Below, one piece after another: positions 19,640 to 28,216 of a DNA stretch of 64,000 nucleotides. The position numbers were made by a program, and so were the translations under genes. How positions within the stretch are numbered: the stretch's first letter is position 1; each line of letters begins with the position of its first letter. Source of the stretch: an uncultured Lachnospiraceae bacterium (GTDB lineage Bacteria; Bacillota; Clostridia; Lachnospirales; Lachnospiraceae); the NCBI GenBank assembly GCA_902790935.1, contig CADATP010000002.1, positions 7,399 through 71,398 of the forward strand. The letters are read 5' to 3'. The notes under the pieces were generated by a model. The model was given only the letters and a program-made list of their open reading frames with translations. It searched no databases and was not told the origin of the DNA.

Positions 19640-19894
19640 ATCATACTATCAGTATCCAGGATTTCATAGTTTAAGCTATGGGTGAGCGAAACACGTCGGG
19701 AGCGCAAGCAAAATGTCGGAGCATAAACCGGTCCCGAGAGCATTGTTCGAGCAGCTCGCCATATGAGGCGAGCGTCGCGAGTTGCTCGAGGGCGGTTTCG
19801 AACTTTGCGGAGACAAATTTTGCGTTAAGCGCGGAGACGTAGCGAATCCCATACTTAAAACATGAAATCCGTAACCGGATAATAAATGTATGGT
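19640..19894 (+). repeat. ~255-bp imperfect inverted repeat (rod-like hairpin); candidate non-autonomous mobile element or structured ncRNA
   Basis: At least ten nested complementary blocks, e.g. GGATTTCAT/ATGAAATCC, TTTAAG/CTTAAA, TATGGG/CCCATA, ACGTC/GACGT, GCAAAAT/ATTTTGC, AAACCG/CGGTTT and GCTCGCC/GGCGAGC. Confidence 0.85.
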
Positions 19895-19897
19895 ATA

Positions 19898-21049
19898 TCA
19901 GAACACTCCGAAGATTGCCATGAAGGTTCCGGCGGCAACGGCGGTTCCGATAACGCCGGCTACGTTAGGTCCCATAGCATGCATAAGGAGGAAGTTGGTG
20001 GGATCTGCTTCCGCACCGACTTTCTGTGATACGCGGGCTGCCATAGGTACTGCGGATACTCCGGCAGAACCGATAAGGGGATTAACCTTACCCTTGGTGG
20101 CTACACACATGATTTTTCCGAAGATAACTCCGGCTGCGGTACCGAATGCGAATGCAACAAGTCCGAGTCCAACGATCTTTAAGGTGCTGACGTTGAGGAA
20201 TGACTCTGCACTGGTGGTAGCTCCTACGGAAGTACCGAGAAGGATAACTACGATATACATCATTGCATTTGAAGCAGTTTCTGTAAGCTGTCTTACCACT
20301 CCGGACTCCTTGAAGAGGTTACCTAGCATCAGCATACCAACAAGAGGAGCTGTGGTAGGAAGGATAAGGCAAACAACTATCGTAATGATGATAGGGAAAA
20401 GAATCTTCTCAAGCTTTGATACGGGACGAAGCTGACCCATCTTGATCTCACGCTCTTTCTTGGTTGTGAGAAGCTTCATGATAGGGGGCTGGATAATAGG
20501 CACGAGGGACATATAGGAATATGCCGCAACGGCTATAGGTCCGAGGAGTGCCGTCTGTCCAAGCTTTCCGGCAAGGAAAATGGATGTAGGTCCGTCCGCA
20601 CCACCGATGATGGAAACAGCGGCAGCTGCCTTGTCGTTAAATCCGAGAGCGATCGCTCCGAAGTAAGCGGCGAAGATACCAAACTGTGCCGCTGCACCGA
20701 GGAGGAAGCTCTTAGGGTTCGCAATAAGTGGACCGAAGTCGGTCTGTGCTCCTACACCGAGGAAGATCAGTGAAGGAAGAATTGCGAGCTCGTCAAGTTT
20801 ATAGAAATAGTAAAGGAGTCCGCCCTGCCCGTTGGCTGCGCTCTCCGCACTGCGGATAATGTCCGGATAAATATTTACAAGGAGCATACCGAATGCGATG
20901 GGAACTAAAAGGAGCGGCTCAAACTCGTGGCGTATTGCCAGATAAAGGAAAAAGCAGGCAACAAGGATCATCAAATAGTTTCCCCATGTTAAATTGAAGA
21001 ATGCTGTCTGATGAAGCAGGTTGCTCAGCGTATTAGCTACGTAAGCCAT
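19898..21049 (-). CDS. oadB: Na+-translocating decarboxylase beta subunit (OadB/MmdB/GcdB family)
   Basis: FEPLLLVPIAFG, IIGGADGPT, AAYSYMSLVP, SAVPMAARV and HAMGPNVAGVIG motifs. Confidence 0.93.
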   Translation of the reverse strand: MAYVANTLSNLLHQTAFFNLTWGNYLMILVACFFLYLAIRHEFEPLLLVPIAFGMLLVNIYPDIIRSAESAANGQGGLLYYFYKLDELAILPSLIFLGVGAQTDFGPLIANPKSFLLGAAAQFGIFAAYFGAIALGFNDKAAAAVSIIGGADGPTSIFLAGKLGQTALLGPIAVAAYSYMSLVPIIQPPIMKLLTTKKEREIKMGQLRPVSKLEKILFPIIITIVVCLILPTTAPLVGMLMLGNLFKESGVVRQLTETASNAMMYIVVILLGTSVGATTSAESFLNVSTLKIVGLGLVAFAFGTAAGVIFGKIMCVATKGKVNPLIGSAGVSAVPMAARVSQKVGAEADPTNFLLMHAMGPNVAGVIGTAVAAGTFMAIFGVF

Positions 21050-21095
21050 TTAATTACCTCCAATATTGCGTAAATACGCAAGTTTCTCGCTCTTA

Positions 21096-21470
21096 TTAGT
21101 TAAGGGTTGCAAGGCAAGCGCCTGCTTCGATAGCGTCTCCGACTGCAACGTCGATTGATGCTACGGTTCCGTCCTGGGGAGCAACTACGGGGATCTCCAT
21201 CTTCATAGCCTCGATGATAACTACTGCATCACCCTTCTTAACGGCATCTCCGACCTTCTTCTCAAGCTTGAATACCTTACCTGCTGCGCCGGCTTCTACC
21301 TTAACAGAACCTGCGCCTGCAGCTGCCTTGGGTGCTGCAGCGGGTGCTGCCTTGGGTGCAGCCTTGGGAGCTGCGGGAGCCTTTGCTGCTACGGGTGCTC
21401 CTGAAGTAGCGCCCTCTTCTACTACAACATCATATACGTTTCCGTTCACGGTAATAGTATAGTTTTTCAT
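21096..21470 (-). CDS. Biotin carboxyl carrier subunit
   Basis: Ala/Pro/Lys linker and EAMKME biotinylation motif. Confidence 0.95.
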   Translation of the reverse strand: MKNYTITVNGNVYDVVVEEGATSGAPVAAKAPAAPKAAPKAAPAAAPKAAAGAGSVKVEAGAAGKVFKLEKKVGDAVKKGDAVVIIEAMKMEIPVVAPQDGTVASIDVAVGDAIEAGACLATLN

Positions 21471-21499
21471 TTATTAATCCTCCATAAAGTTAAAATAGA

Positions 21500-22345
21500 T
21501 TATCTTCTTCTGCGAATTGAACGGACAACGTATCCGTCTGTGCTGCCGCTTCCTTCGTATGCTGCGATTGCTGCTGCGATAACGGCTACAAGTTCTGTAT
21601 CGTCCTCGGCAGACTCGCTGGCGATTATCTGGTTGACAGCGTTTTCAATGCCTACTTCATTAGCGCTCTTAGCTTCCTTAGCGGCTTTCTTTCTCTCCGC
21701 CCCAGCTTTCTGGATCTTGGGAATAACTCCGAAGACGCTGATAAGAAGGCTTATAAGGATGAGAACGATAAATACTGTTCCCATTCCCATAAGGGTATTG
21801 AGTCCTGCTTTGCTCATCTTCTGAGACATTGTGTAATTCTCGGTAAGAGAAGCTGACTCGAGTTTCATAAACATATCATTGCTGAAAATGATTTCGGCGG
21901 TAGCAGATCCCTTTTCACACTCGACAGGTACGCTGACGACGATCTGGTCATCATCGATATAAGATTTTACCTCACCGGTAACGATAGCACCGGTAGCGGA
22001 ATCCTTTTTCATACTTCCGAGAGATTCAGCTGCAGATATGAAGCTGAGCCTTGCATTGTAGAATCCGTATCCGTCGGTCTCAAATCCGAAAAACTGCTCA
22101 GCAGCATTTGCAACCTCTTCCATGGTATATTCATCCCAGGGAATGTTGCCGTATTGCGCTTCATAGTTGTCGAAGGTTCCGTCGGTGAAGAATCCCATGC
22201 AGGGAAGCACCTGTCCTACGGCTCTTGATTCAGCCGCATCAAGCTTTTGCGATTCGTATGCGGTATGGTCTGCATCGGTATTACCGCAGGCAGTCAGACC
22301 GAAAACGCAAAGGGCAGCCGCCATAAAGATTTGAATTTTCTTCAT
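21500..22345 (-). CDS. OadG/MmdD-like small subunit with a lipoprotein N-terminal domain
   Basis: Lipobox LTAC at residues 17-20, TM GMGTVFIVLILISLLI and C-terminal ELVAVIAAAIAAY; operon position. Confidence 0.8.
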   Translation of the reverse strand: MKKIQIFMAAALCVFGLTACGNTDADHTAYESQKLDAAESRAVGQVLPCMGFFTDGTFDNYEAQYGNIPWDEYTMEEVANAAEQFFGFETDGYGFYNARLSFISAAESLGSMKKDSATGAIVTGEVKSYIDDDQIVVSVPVECEKGSATAEIIFSNDMFMKLESASLTENYTMSQKMSKAGLNTLMGMGTVFIVLILISLLISVFGVIPKIQKAGAERKKAAKEAKSANEVGIENAVNQIIASESAEDDTELVAVIAAAIAAYEGSGSTDGYVVRSIRRRR

Positions 22346-22361
22346 GTTCCGTCCACCTTTC

Positions 22362-23789
22362 TTAAATTGTCAAATGCTTTTTGTCGTAAGGAATCTCTTC
22401 CTTTGAAAGGAGCATCTCGAAAGCACCGATAACGTATTTTCTGGTATCAGCGGGCTCGATGATCTGGTCAACATAACCTCTTCTTGCTGCGCTTGCGGCT
22501 GCAAGAGTAAGCTCCTCATATTCTTTAGCCTTGGCATCGATAACATCGCTTCCCTGGCCTTCGTACATGATCTTTGCAGCAAGCTTGCTGTCCATGGTTC
22601 CGATCTTTGATCCGGGCCATGCGATAGTGATGTCGCATCCGATAGCCTTGGAGTTCATAACGTTTGCTGCGGTTCCGTATGCCTTTCCTACGATAACATT
22701 AACCTTGGGAACTGTAGCTCCGGCAAATGCAGCGGTAAGCTTAGCAGCCGCTCTTGCGATAGTCTTTTCGGAAGCAACGGTAGCTTCGTATCCGGTAACG
22801 TTGGTAAGTGAAAGAACAGGGATGTCAAAAGCATCACAGAACTTAACAAACTCTTCTGCCTTGTAGCATCCTGCGGTGGTAAGAACGGTTCCGAACTTCT
22901 CACCCTCCATATCTCCGTCAGGAAGGATCTCGCTTCTGTTAGCTACTGCACCGACGGTTACTCCGTCAAGACGGATAAATCCGGTAACCATCTCGGAAGC
23001 AAAGCTGCTCTTGATCTCAAAGAAATCATTGTCATCAGCGATAACCTTTAAAAGCTCAGCGGTATCTCCGGCAAATCCCTCGAGATTATCAAAGGTGCGG
23101 TTGAGATCGTCTGTGCATTCGATATCGTTAACATCATAATTGTTGGCAGGAAGGAAATCTACCAGGGATCTGATTGCCTGATAAAGGTCCTCTTCCTCGT
23201 CAACTACATCAACAAGACCTGCTTCTACAGCCTGGAATGCGGCTGAAGCGGTGTTGTTCTTTTGCTCGGTGTTGCCGTCAAGGGCGTTGGGAGAATTAAC
23301 AAAAAGCTTTGCATTATCTCTGAGCATAAAAGTAAAATCGGTAAGAGTAGGGAACAGAGCAAGTCCGCCGCCACACTTTCCGACAATGGCTGTGATCTGA
23401 GGGATCACGCCGGACGCTGCTACCTGCTTGGCGTAAACTTCGCCGAATGCATTAAGCGCATCTGTTGCCTCCTGAAGTCTTAAACCTGCGCAATCGATGA
23501 TACCGATAACGGGTGCGCCCATTTTAAGAGCAAGATTGTAGATGTTTACGATCTTGCGGGCATGCATTTCACCGATAGTTCCGCCGAGAACAGACGCATC
23601 CTGACTGTATACATAGACAAGATTGTCATTGATGGTACCGTAACCGGTAACACATCCGTCTGAGGGCAGCTCTGCCGGCTTCATATTAAAATCAGTAGCT
23701 CTTGCGGTAACAAGAGAGCCGATTTCAACGAAACTGTTGTCGTCGAGCAGCTGTTTGATTCTTCCGCTCGCTGCTAAATTAGTGCTCAT
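22362..23789 (-). CDS. Acyl-CoA carboxyltransferase family protein (MmdA/PccB-like, divergent)
   Basis: DGCVTGYGTI, SQDASVLGGTIGEMHARKI, ASGVIPQI, FCDAFDIP and GYVDQIIEPADTR motifs. Confidence 0.88.
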   Translation of the reverse strand: MSTNLAASGRIKQLLDDNSFVEIGSLVTARATDFNMKPAELPSDGCVTGYGTINDNLVYVYSQDASVLGGTIGEMHARKIVNIYNLALKMGAPVIGIIDCAGLRLQEATDALNAFGEVYAKQVAASGVIPQITAIVGKCGGGLALFPTLTDFTFMLRDNAKLFVNSPNALDGNTEQKNNTASAAFQAVEAGLVDVVDEEEDLYQAIRSLVDFLPANNYDVNDIECTDDLNRTFDNLEGFAGDTAELLKVIADDNDFFEIKSSFASEMVTGFIRLDGVTVGAVANRSEILPDGDMEGEKFGTVLTTAGCYKAEEFVKFCDAFDIPVLSLTNVTGYEATVASEKTIARAAAKLTAAFAGATVPKVNVIVGKAYGTAANVMNSKAIGCDITIAWPGSKIGTMDSKLAAKIMYEGQGSDVIDAKAKEYEELTLAAASAARRGYVDQIIEPADTRKYVIGAFEMLLSKEEIPYDKKHLTI

Positions 23790-23866
23790 AAGTTAACCTC
23801 CATAGTATATATGATAAGAGAAAAGCACAATTTTCCCCATTTTTATTATCTTAAACATAATAGCAC

Positions 23867-23896
23867 AAAAAAAGCGATTCGCATATAGCGAACCGC
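23867..23896 (-). terminator. Intrinsic terminator after scpB
   Basis: Minus strand GCGGTTCGC-TATAT-GCGAATCGC followed by T7. Confidence 0.75.
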
Positions 23897-23949
23897 CGAA
23901 GATTTAGCTAAAAATAGTATAAATTTCGGAAAATAATATAAATTGCACA

Positions 23950-24519
23950 CTAAATATCCAGTTTTAATTGAATCTCTTCTTCCGCCTGTTTTTTAAACTC
24001 CTCTATCTGAACGGGATTGATCTCGGGAAGTTCATCAAGGCTGTGTACACCAAAGCTTCTTAAAAACTGCTCCGTTGTACCAAAAAGCAGGGGCTTTCCG
24101 GGGGCATCAAGCCTTCCCAGTTCCTGTATAAGGTCATACTCTAAGAGCTTATTGATGGCATGGTCGCAGGAAACGCCTCTTACCTTTTCGATTTCGATCC
24201 TTGTAACTGGCTGCTTGTAGGCGATGATGGAAAGAGTCTCAAGCACCGTATCCGTAAGCTGGAATTTGGGGGGATTCTTCGCTATCTTGATAAGTGAATC
24301 ATATATCTCGGGCTTTGTGCAAAGCTGAACGGCGTTTTCAAACCATGTGAGCATGATCCCGCGCTCGTCTGATTTATAATCCTCGCTCATCTCCTCTAAG
24401 ATCTTTCTCGTAGCTTTTTTGTCCATCTCGATGACGTCGGCAAGTCTTCCGATCTCCACGGACTCTCCCATAGAAAAGAGTACGCCTTCAAGTATCATTT
24501 TGGCTTTTTTATTATCCAT
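23950..24519 (-). CDS. scpB: SMC-Scp complex subunit ScpB
   Basis: LETLSIIAYKQPVTRIEIEKVRGV and GRLDAPGKPLLFGTTEQFL motifs. Confidence 0.96.
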   Translation of the reverse strand: MDNKKAKMILEGVLFSMGESVEIGRLADVIEMDKKATRKILEEMSEDYKSDERGIMLTWFENAVQLCTKPEIYDSLIKIAKNPPKFQLTDTVLETLSIIAYKQPVTRIEIEKVRGVSCDHAINKLLEYDLIQELGRLDAPGKPLLFGTTEQFLRSFGVHSLDELPEINPVQIEEFKKQAEEEIQLKLDI

Positions 24520-24524
24520 TTTCT

Positions 24525-25271
24525 TTAGCTCTCATTCGATGTGATTATAATATCGTCAAATATATCATCCTGATGTATTGTGATCTCACCGTCATGCATC
24601 ATCTCAAGGATGATAAGGAAAGTAACAATGATCTCGGCACGGCTGTTTTGCTTCTCCAAAAGCTTTGTAAAGGAAAAGGTTTTGTGCGTCTGGGCGAAGG
24701 CTCTTACGTAAAGCACCTTCATATCCATATCGATCTCTTCTTTTTCGATCTTTCCGTACTGGCTTCGTATAGGGTCAACACGGTCTTCCTGTCTTCTGAT
24801 GATGGTCTTGAAGATTTCATGGAGTTTGGAGAGGTTCATATCTCCAACCAGCTCTTCATAATCAACGGGAGGGACGAAGTTTGCGACCTCCTTGGGAAGG
24901 TTTCTCTTCCTGTAGAAAACCGTAGCCGCATCCACCTGTCTGTCCCTTAGTTCAAAGGACATATACTTATACATCTTGTACTCAAGGAGCTTCTCAACAA
25001 GTTCGGCTCTGGGGTCTATCTCCTCTCCCTCTTCATCAACCTCGGGAGGAAGAAGCATCTTACACTTGATATCGATAAGAGTAGCCGCCATAACAAGGAA
25101 CTCGCTCATCACGTTCATATCCTCGGTATCCATCTTTTTGATGTAATCGAGGTACTGCTCCGTAACAAGTACTATGGGAATATCGTATATATCAATCTTA
25201 TTTTTCTCGATGAGGTGCAAAAGAAGGTCAAGGGGGCCTTCGAATACCTCAAGTTTAACGGGAATAGCCAT
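24525..25271 (-). CDS. scpA: Segregation and condensation protein ScpA
   Basis: FEGPLDLLLHLI, EFLVMAATL and DPRAELV motifs. Confidence 0.96.
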   Translation of the reverse strand: MAIPVKLEVFEGPLDLLLHLIEKNKIDIYDIPIVLVTEQYLDYIKKMDTEDMNVMSEFLVMAATLIDIKCKMLLPPEVDEEGEEIDPRAELVEKLLEYKMYKYMSFELRDRQVDAATVFYRKRNLPKEVANFVPPVDYEELVGDMNLSKLHEIFKTIIRRQEDRVDPIRSQYGKIEKEEIDMDMKVLYVRAFAQTHKTFSFTKLLEKQNSRAEIIVTFLIILEMMHDGEITIHQDDIFDDIIITSNES

Positions 25272-25280
25272 TTTAAGCCT

Positions 25281-26156
25281 CTATTTATTATCTTTTTCGG
25301 GGGTAAAGCTTACAACCACAAGATCTCCGGGATTAAACATCCTGAAGGGGATGGTGTGAAAACCCAGCCCTCTTGATACTATCATGGTTGTGGAGCTTTT
25401 TTTATACTCTCCCTGGTAATACTTAGGGAAAAATGTAGCATTGGGCGAAAGTACACCTTTATTTATAAAAGGAATCCTTACGATTCCTCCGTGAACATGT
25501 CCGGAAAATACTATATCCGCGCCGTACTCGCAATAATCTTCAAAGAAGTCTGGGTTATGGGCAAGGAGAATATTGCAGTACTCCTTATCGGGCTCACCAA
25601 GCTCCGATAAAAGCTCGCCCTCTTCCATGGGGATGATCCCCAGGCGCTTATAATGCTTTTTGTTTATCTCGGATCCGATAACGGTAACCCCGTATTCATC
25701 AAGCCTTTCTCTTTCGTTTACGAGAAGCTTGATGCCGTATTCTTTGACTGCCTCGCAGAATACGTCGTACTGGTCTCCGTATTTGTCTCTGTATATATCA
25801 AGTCTCATCTCATGGTTTCCGTTTTCGTAATAAACGGGATACTTTGATGAGATATCTTTCAAAAACTGTAAGGTGCCATCGATATTTTCATTGGGATGGC
25901 CGTTTATCATATCCCCCGCTATAAGAATAATATCGGGCGATGCTTCTTCTATCGCCTCTAAGAGCTTTTTATTGTCTCTGCCGAACTTTTTGTTATGAAG
26001 GTCTGATAAAACAACAGCAGTAAAATCTCTTTTGATAGACGGGTGTCTGTATGTATATTTGCTAATTGTAAAACGATTGGTATCAAAAACCGCGACCCAT
26101 ATAAGAAATAATACGAGCGCTGCGATTACAGTTATGATAATGTCTCGTACCATCAT
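25281..26156 (-). CDS. Membrane-anchored metallophosphoesterase (YkuE-like)
   Basis: SDLH, AGD, GNHE, AHNP, SGHVHGG and SRGLG motifs. Likely start MMVRD at 26156. Confidence 0.9.
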   Translation of the reverse strand: MMVRDIIITVIAALVLFLIWVAVFDTNRFTISKYTYRHPSIKRDFTAVVLSDLHNKKFGRDNKKLLEAIEEASPDIILIAGDMINGHPNENIDGTLQFLKDISSKYPVYYENGNHEMRLDIYRDKYGDQYDVFCEAVKEYGIKLLVNERERLDEYGVTVIGSEINKKHYKRLGIIPMEEGELLSELGEPDKEYCNILLAHNPDFFEDYCEYGADIVFSGHVHGGIVRIPFINKGVLSPNATFFPKYYQGEYKKSSTTMIVSRGLGFHTIPFRMFNPGDLVVVSFTPEKDNK

Positions 26157-26204
26157 AGATTTACTACTCCCGATCCTTCGCATCCCCAATTCCCCCAATC
26201 AAGG

Positions 26205-26233
26205 AAAAAAGCCCCTGACAAATAGCCAGGGGC
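26205..26233 (-). terminator. Intrinsic terminator after rpsU
   Basis: GCCCCTG/CAGGGGC stem with T6 on the minus strand. Confidence 0.85.
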
Positions 26234-26243
26234 CTGATTTACG

Positions 26244-26420
26244 TTAGTTAAACTTACGCTTTCTGGCAGCTTCAGACTTCTTCTTACGTCTGACGCTGGG
26301 CTTCTCGTAATGCTCGCGCTTACGAATTTCCTGCTGGATACCTGCCTTAGCACAGCTTCTCTTGAAGCGGCGAAGTGCGCTGTCCAGAGATTCATTCTCT
26401 TTTACGATAACGCTTGACAT
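26244..26420 (-). CDS. rpsU: 30S ribosomal protein S21
   Basis: [18 protein letters not shown]...[21 protein letters not shown]; start MSSV after GGGAGG. Confidence 0.97.
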   Translation of the reverse strand: MSSVIVKENESLDSALRRFKRSCAKAGIQQEIRKREHYEKPSVRRKKKSEAARKRKFN

Positions 26421-26494
26421 GCTTTCTTGACCTCCCTTCAGTCCCATGAGACTGACTCAGGTTTTGTGACTGCGAAATCTACAGTCCGTTTCAA

Positions 26495-26523
26495 ATTATA
26501 TCCGCAAATGCACTACATGTCAA
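26495..26523 (-). promoter_or_regulatory. Sigma-A promoter of rpsU
   Basis: Perfect TTGACA-N17-TATAAT on the minus strand. Confidence 0.9.
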
Positions 26524-26532
26524 CAAAATTTT

Positions 26533-27306
26533 TTAACCTGCAATGATTTTGCAAATTTCTTCGTATGAAGAGCCCATAAGAATCTCAAAAGTACCGGGGT
26601 GGATTCTTCTGTCGTATCCGTTCCGGATCATATAGCTGTTAAAGTCTGCGGCATCTTCTATAAGACCGGCTCCGGCAAGAATTGCGGCCGCTGTTTCCGA
26701 AGCGGCGCCTCTTGCGATAGAGATCGTAACCTTGCTTCCGTCGGCAGGTTTAGTCTCCTGCGCTGCGGGTTCTTCGGACTTAGGTTCCTCTGCCTTAGCT
26801 TCCTCAGGCTTTGTTTCCTCTGTCTTAGCTTCCTCCGGCTTTGTTTCCTCCGGCTTTGTTTCTTCGGCCCCGGCTTCCTCTACCTTTGTTTCGTCAGGCT
26901 TAACTTCCTCGGCCTCAGTTTCTTCAGGCTTTGTCTCTTCAGCCTTAACTTCCTCGGCCTCAGTTTCTTCAGTCTTTGTTTCCTCAGCTTCAGTTTCTGA
27001 GCCTGCCTCTTCTTCCGTTTTTTCTCCGGAAGCAGTTCCCTCTTCGGGATTTACTTCTTTAAGTTCATCGGTTTGGGGTTCACCGGTTTCGGCGGCGGCT
27101 TCTTTTTCCGCATTCATAGCAGATGCAGCGTCGGTAAGTGAGTAGCTGTTGCCGTCCACCATACCGAGGGCGGCGGCTCTTTCCCTTATCTCGGCGTCAG
27201 TCATCTCGCCTTTGTTGTTTTTTAGATTAACGGCTATAAGAATAAGAGCTGTTACAAGGATTCCTATTCCGAGGCCGCGCATATAAAATCTGATCTTCGT
27301 GTTCAT
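26533..27306 (-). CDS. Membrane-anchored protein with an acidic repeat linker and a C-terminal domain resembling the MltG/YceG N-terminal region
   Basis: TM GLGIGILVTALILIAV, (E/D)ETKP-type repeats, C-terminal ISIARG..S..AA.IL..AGLI....F......GYDRRIHPGTF. Confidence 0.7.
   Translation of the reverse strand: MNTKIRFYMRGLGIGILVTALILIAVNLKNNKGEMTDAEIRERAAALGMVDGNSYSLTDAASAMNAEKEAAAETGEPQTDELKEVNPEEGTASGEKTEEEAGSETEAEETKTEETEAEEVKAEETKPEETEAEEVKPDETKVEEAGAEETKPEETKPEEAKTEETKPEEAKAEEPKSEEPAAQETKPADGSKVTISIARGAASETAAAILAGAGLIEDAADFNSYMIRNGYDRRIHPGTFEILMGSSYEEICKIIAG
26775..26995 (-). repeat. Degenerate 15-bp tandem coding repeat (EETKP/EEAKT/EEVKA pentapeptides)
   Basis: Repeated GGCTTTGTTTCCTC and CTTAGCTTCCTC units on the plus strand. 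Confidence 0.8.
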
Positions 27307-27318
27307 ATTGCGCTCACT

Positions 27319-28197
27319 TTACTTAGCGTGTAGTCCTATAATAAGAGAAACCTCTCCCACTCCCATATCGAGGGCTCTTGCGATCTCAACATCGCTCTTC
27401 CCAAGTTTGTGAAGTGCGATAACCTGATCGTGAAGAAGATCCTGGGGAGTATCCTTTATCTGAGGTACATCCTCGGTGGGGATATCGGCGGATGATTCCT
27501 GAATATCGGACTTTTCAGTATGGTTTTCCTTGGCGTACGCTTCGTCGGCCTGCTCAAGAGCAAACTCTGCCCACTTTAAGGTTCGTATTTCAGGTTCTTT
27601 TGAGGCTGCAACCGGCGTCTGCTCATCGGAGGCGCTAAAGCTTTCTGCAGCCTTTTCAGGCTTTGGAAGGGTACCCGCTGCAGATGCAGCAGGAAGGCTG
27701 TCTGCAGAAAGACTCTTAAAGCCGGTAATGGCAGCTTCAGCCTGAGCAGTACTTTCTCTCGCATCCTGGGCTGCGTCCTTTGCTTCCAGTGCGTTTTCCT
27801 TGGCGGTCTTAGCCACTACGCTTGCCTCGGAAACCGTGTTTTTAAGGTCTTCATGCTTACTGCTTAACATATCATATAAGAACATAACCTCGTTATGGTT
27901 CTTGTTTATCTCGTCAAGTACAGTATCCGAATATTCATTTACGGCCATTATCTTTTCGTTAGAAATACGCTCAAGGCTTCTTTCTGTCTTTTCCTGAGCG
28001 TATTCAATCGATTCGTCGATAACTCCGTCTATATGATTTCTGAGCTCATCAATCTCCGCTTTTACTTTAAGCTTTACCTCGTCTCCTATCATATCCTTGA
28101 TATCTTCGGAGGCTTCCTTTTTCCCTACGGGGATTACAAAGCTCAGTATAAATAAGGCCGCTCCGCATATAAGCAGCACAATCTCTAATGGTGTCAT
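27319..28197 (-). CDS. DUF6115/SwrB-like membrane protein
   Basis: N-terminal TM, coiled coil, C-terminal HTH-like VIALHKLGKSDVEIARALDMGVGEVSLII; at the end of the fla/che operon, like SwrB. Confidence 0.65.
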   Translation of the reverse strand: MTPLEIVLLICGAALFILSFVIPVGKKEASEDIKDMIGDEVKLKVKAEIDELRNHIDGVIDESIEYAQEKTERSLERISNEKIMAVNEYSDTVLDEINKNHNEVMFLYDMLSSKHEDLKNTVSEASVVAKTAKENALEAKDAAQDARESTAQAEAAITGFKSLSADSLPAASAAGTLPKPEKAAESFSASDEQTPVAASKEPEIRTLKWAEFALEQADEAYAKENHTEKSDIQESSADIPTEDVPQIKDTPQDLLHDQVIALHKLGKSDVEIARALDMGVGEVSLIIGLHAK

Positions 28198-28216
28198 CTT
28201 AATCCGATCCTAATCT

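Noticed and set aside
19640-19894. The long hairpin as an intrinsic terminator, CRISPR array, tRNA, SRP RNA or 6S RNA
   Set aside because: Too long and no T-tail; no repeat-spacer periodicity; no cloverleaf; I could not find the SRP GGAA-loop domain or a clear 6S central bubble. An Rfam scan is still needed to exclude these formally.
23921-23935. CodY-like box AAATTTCGGAAAATA upstream of the decarboxylase operon
   Set aside because: Three mismatches in AT-rich DNA; expected by chance.
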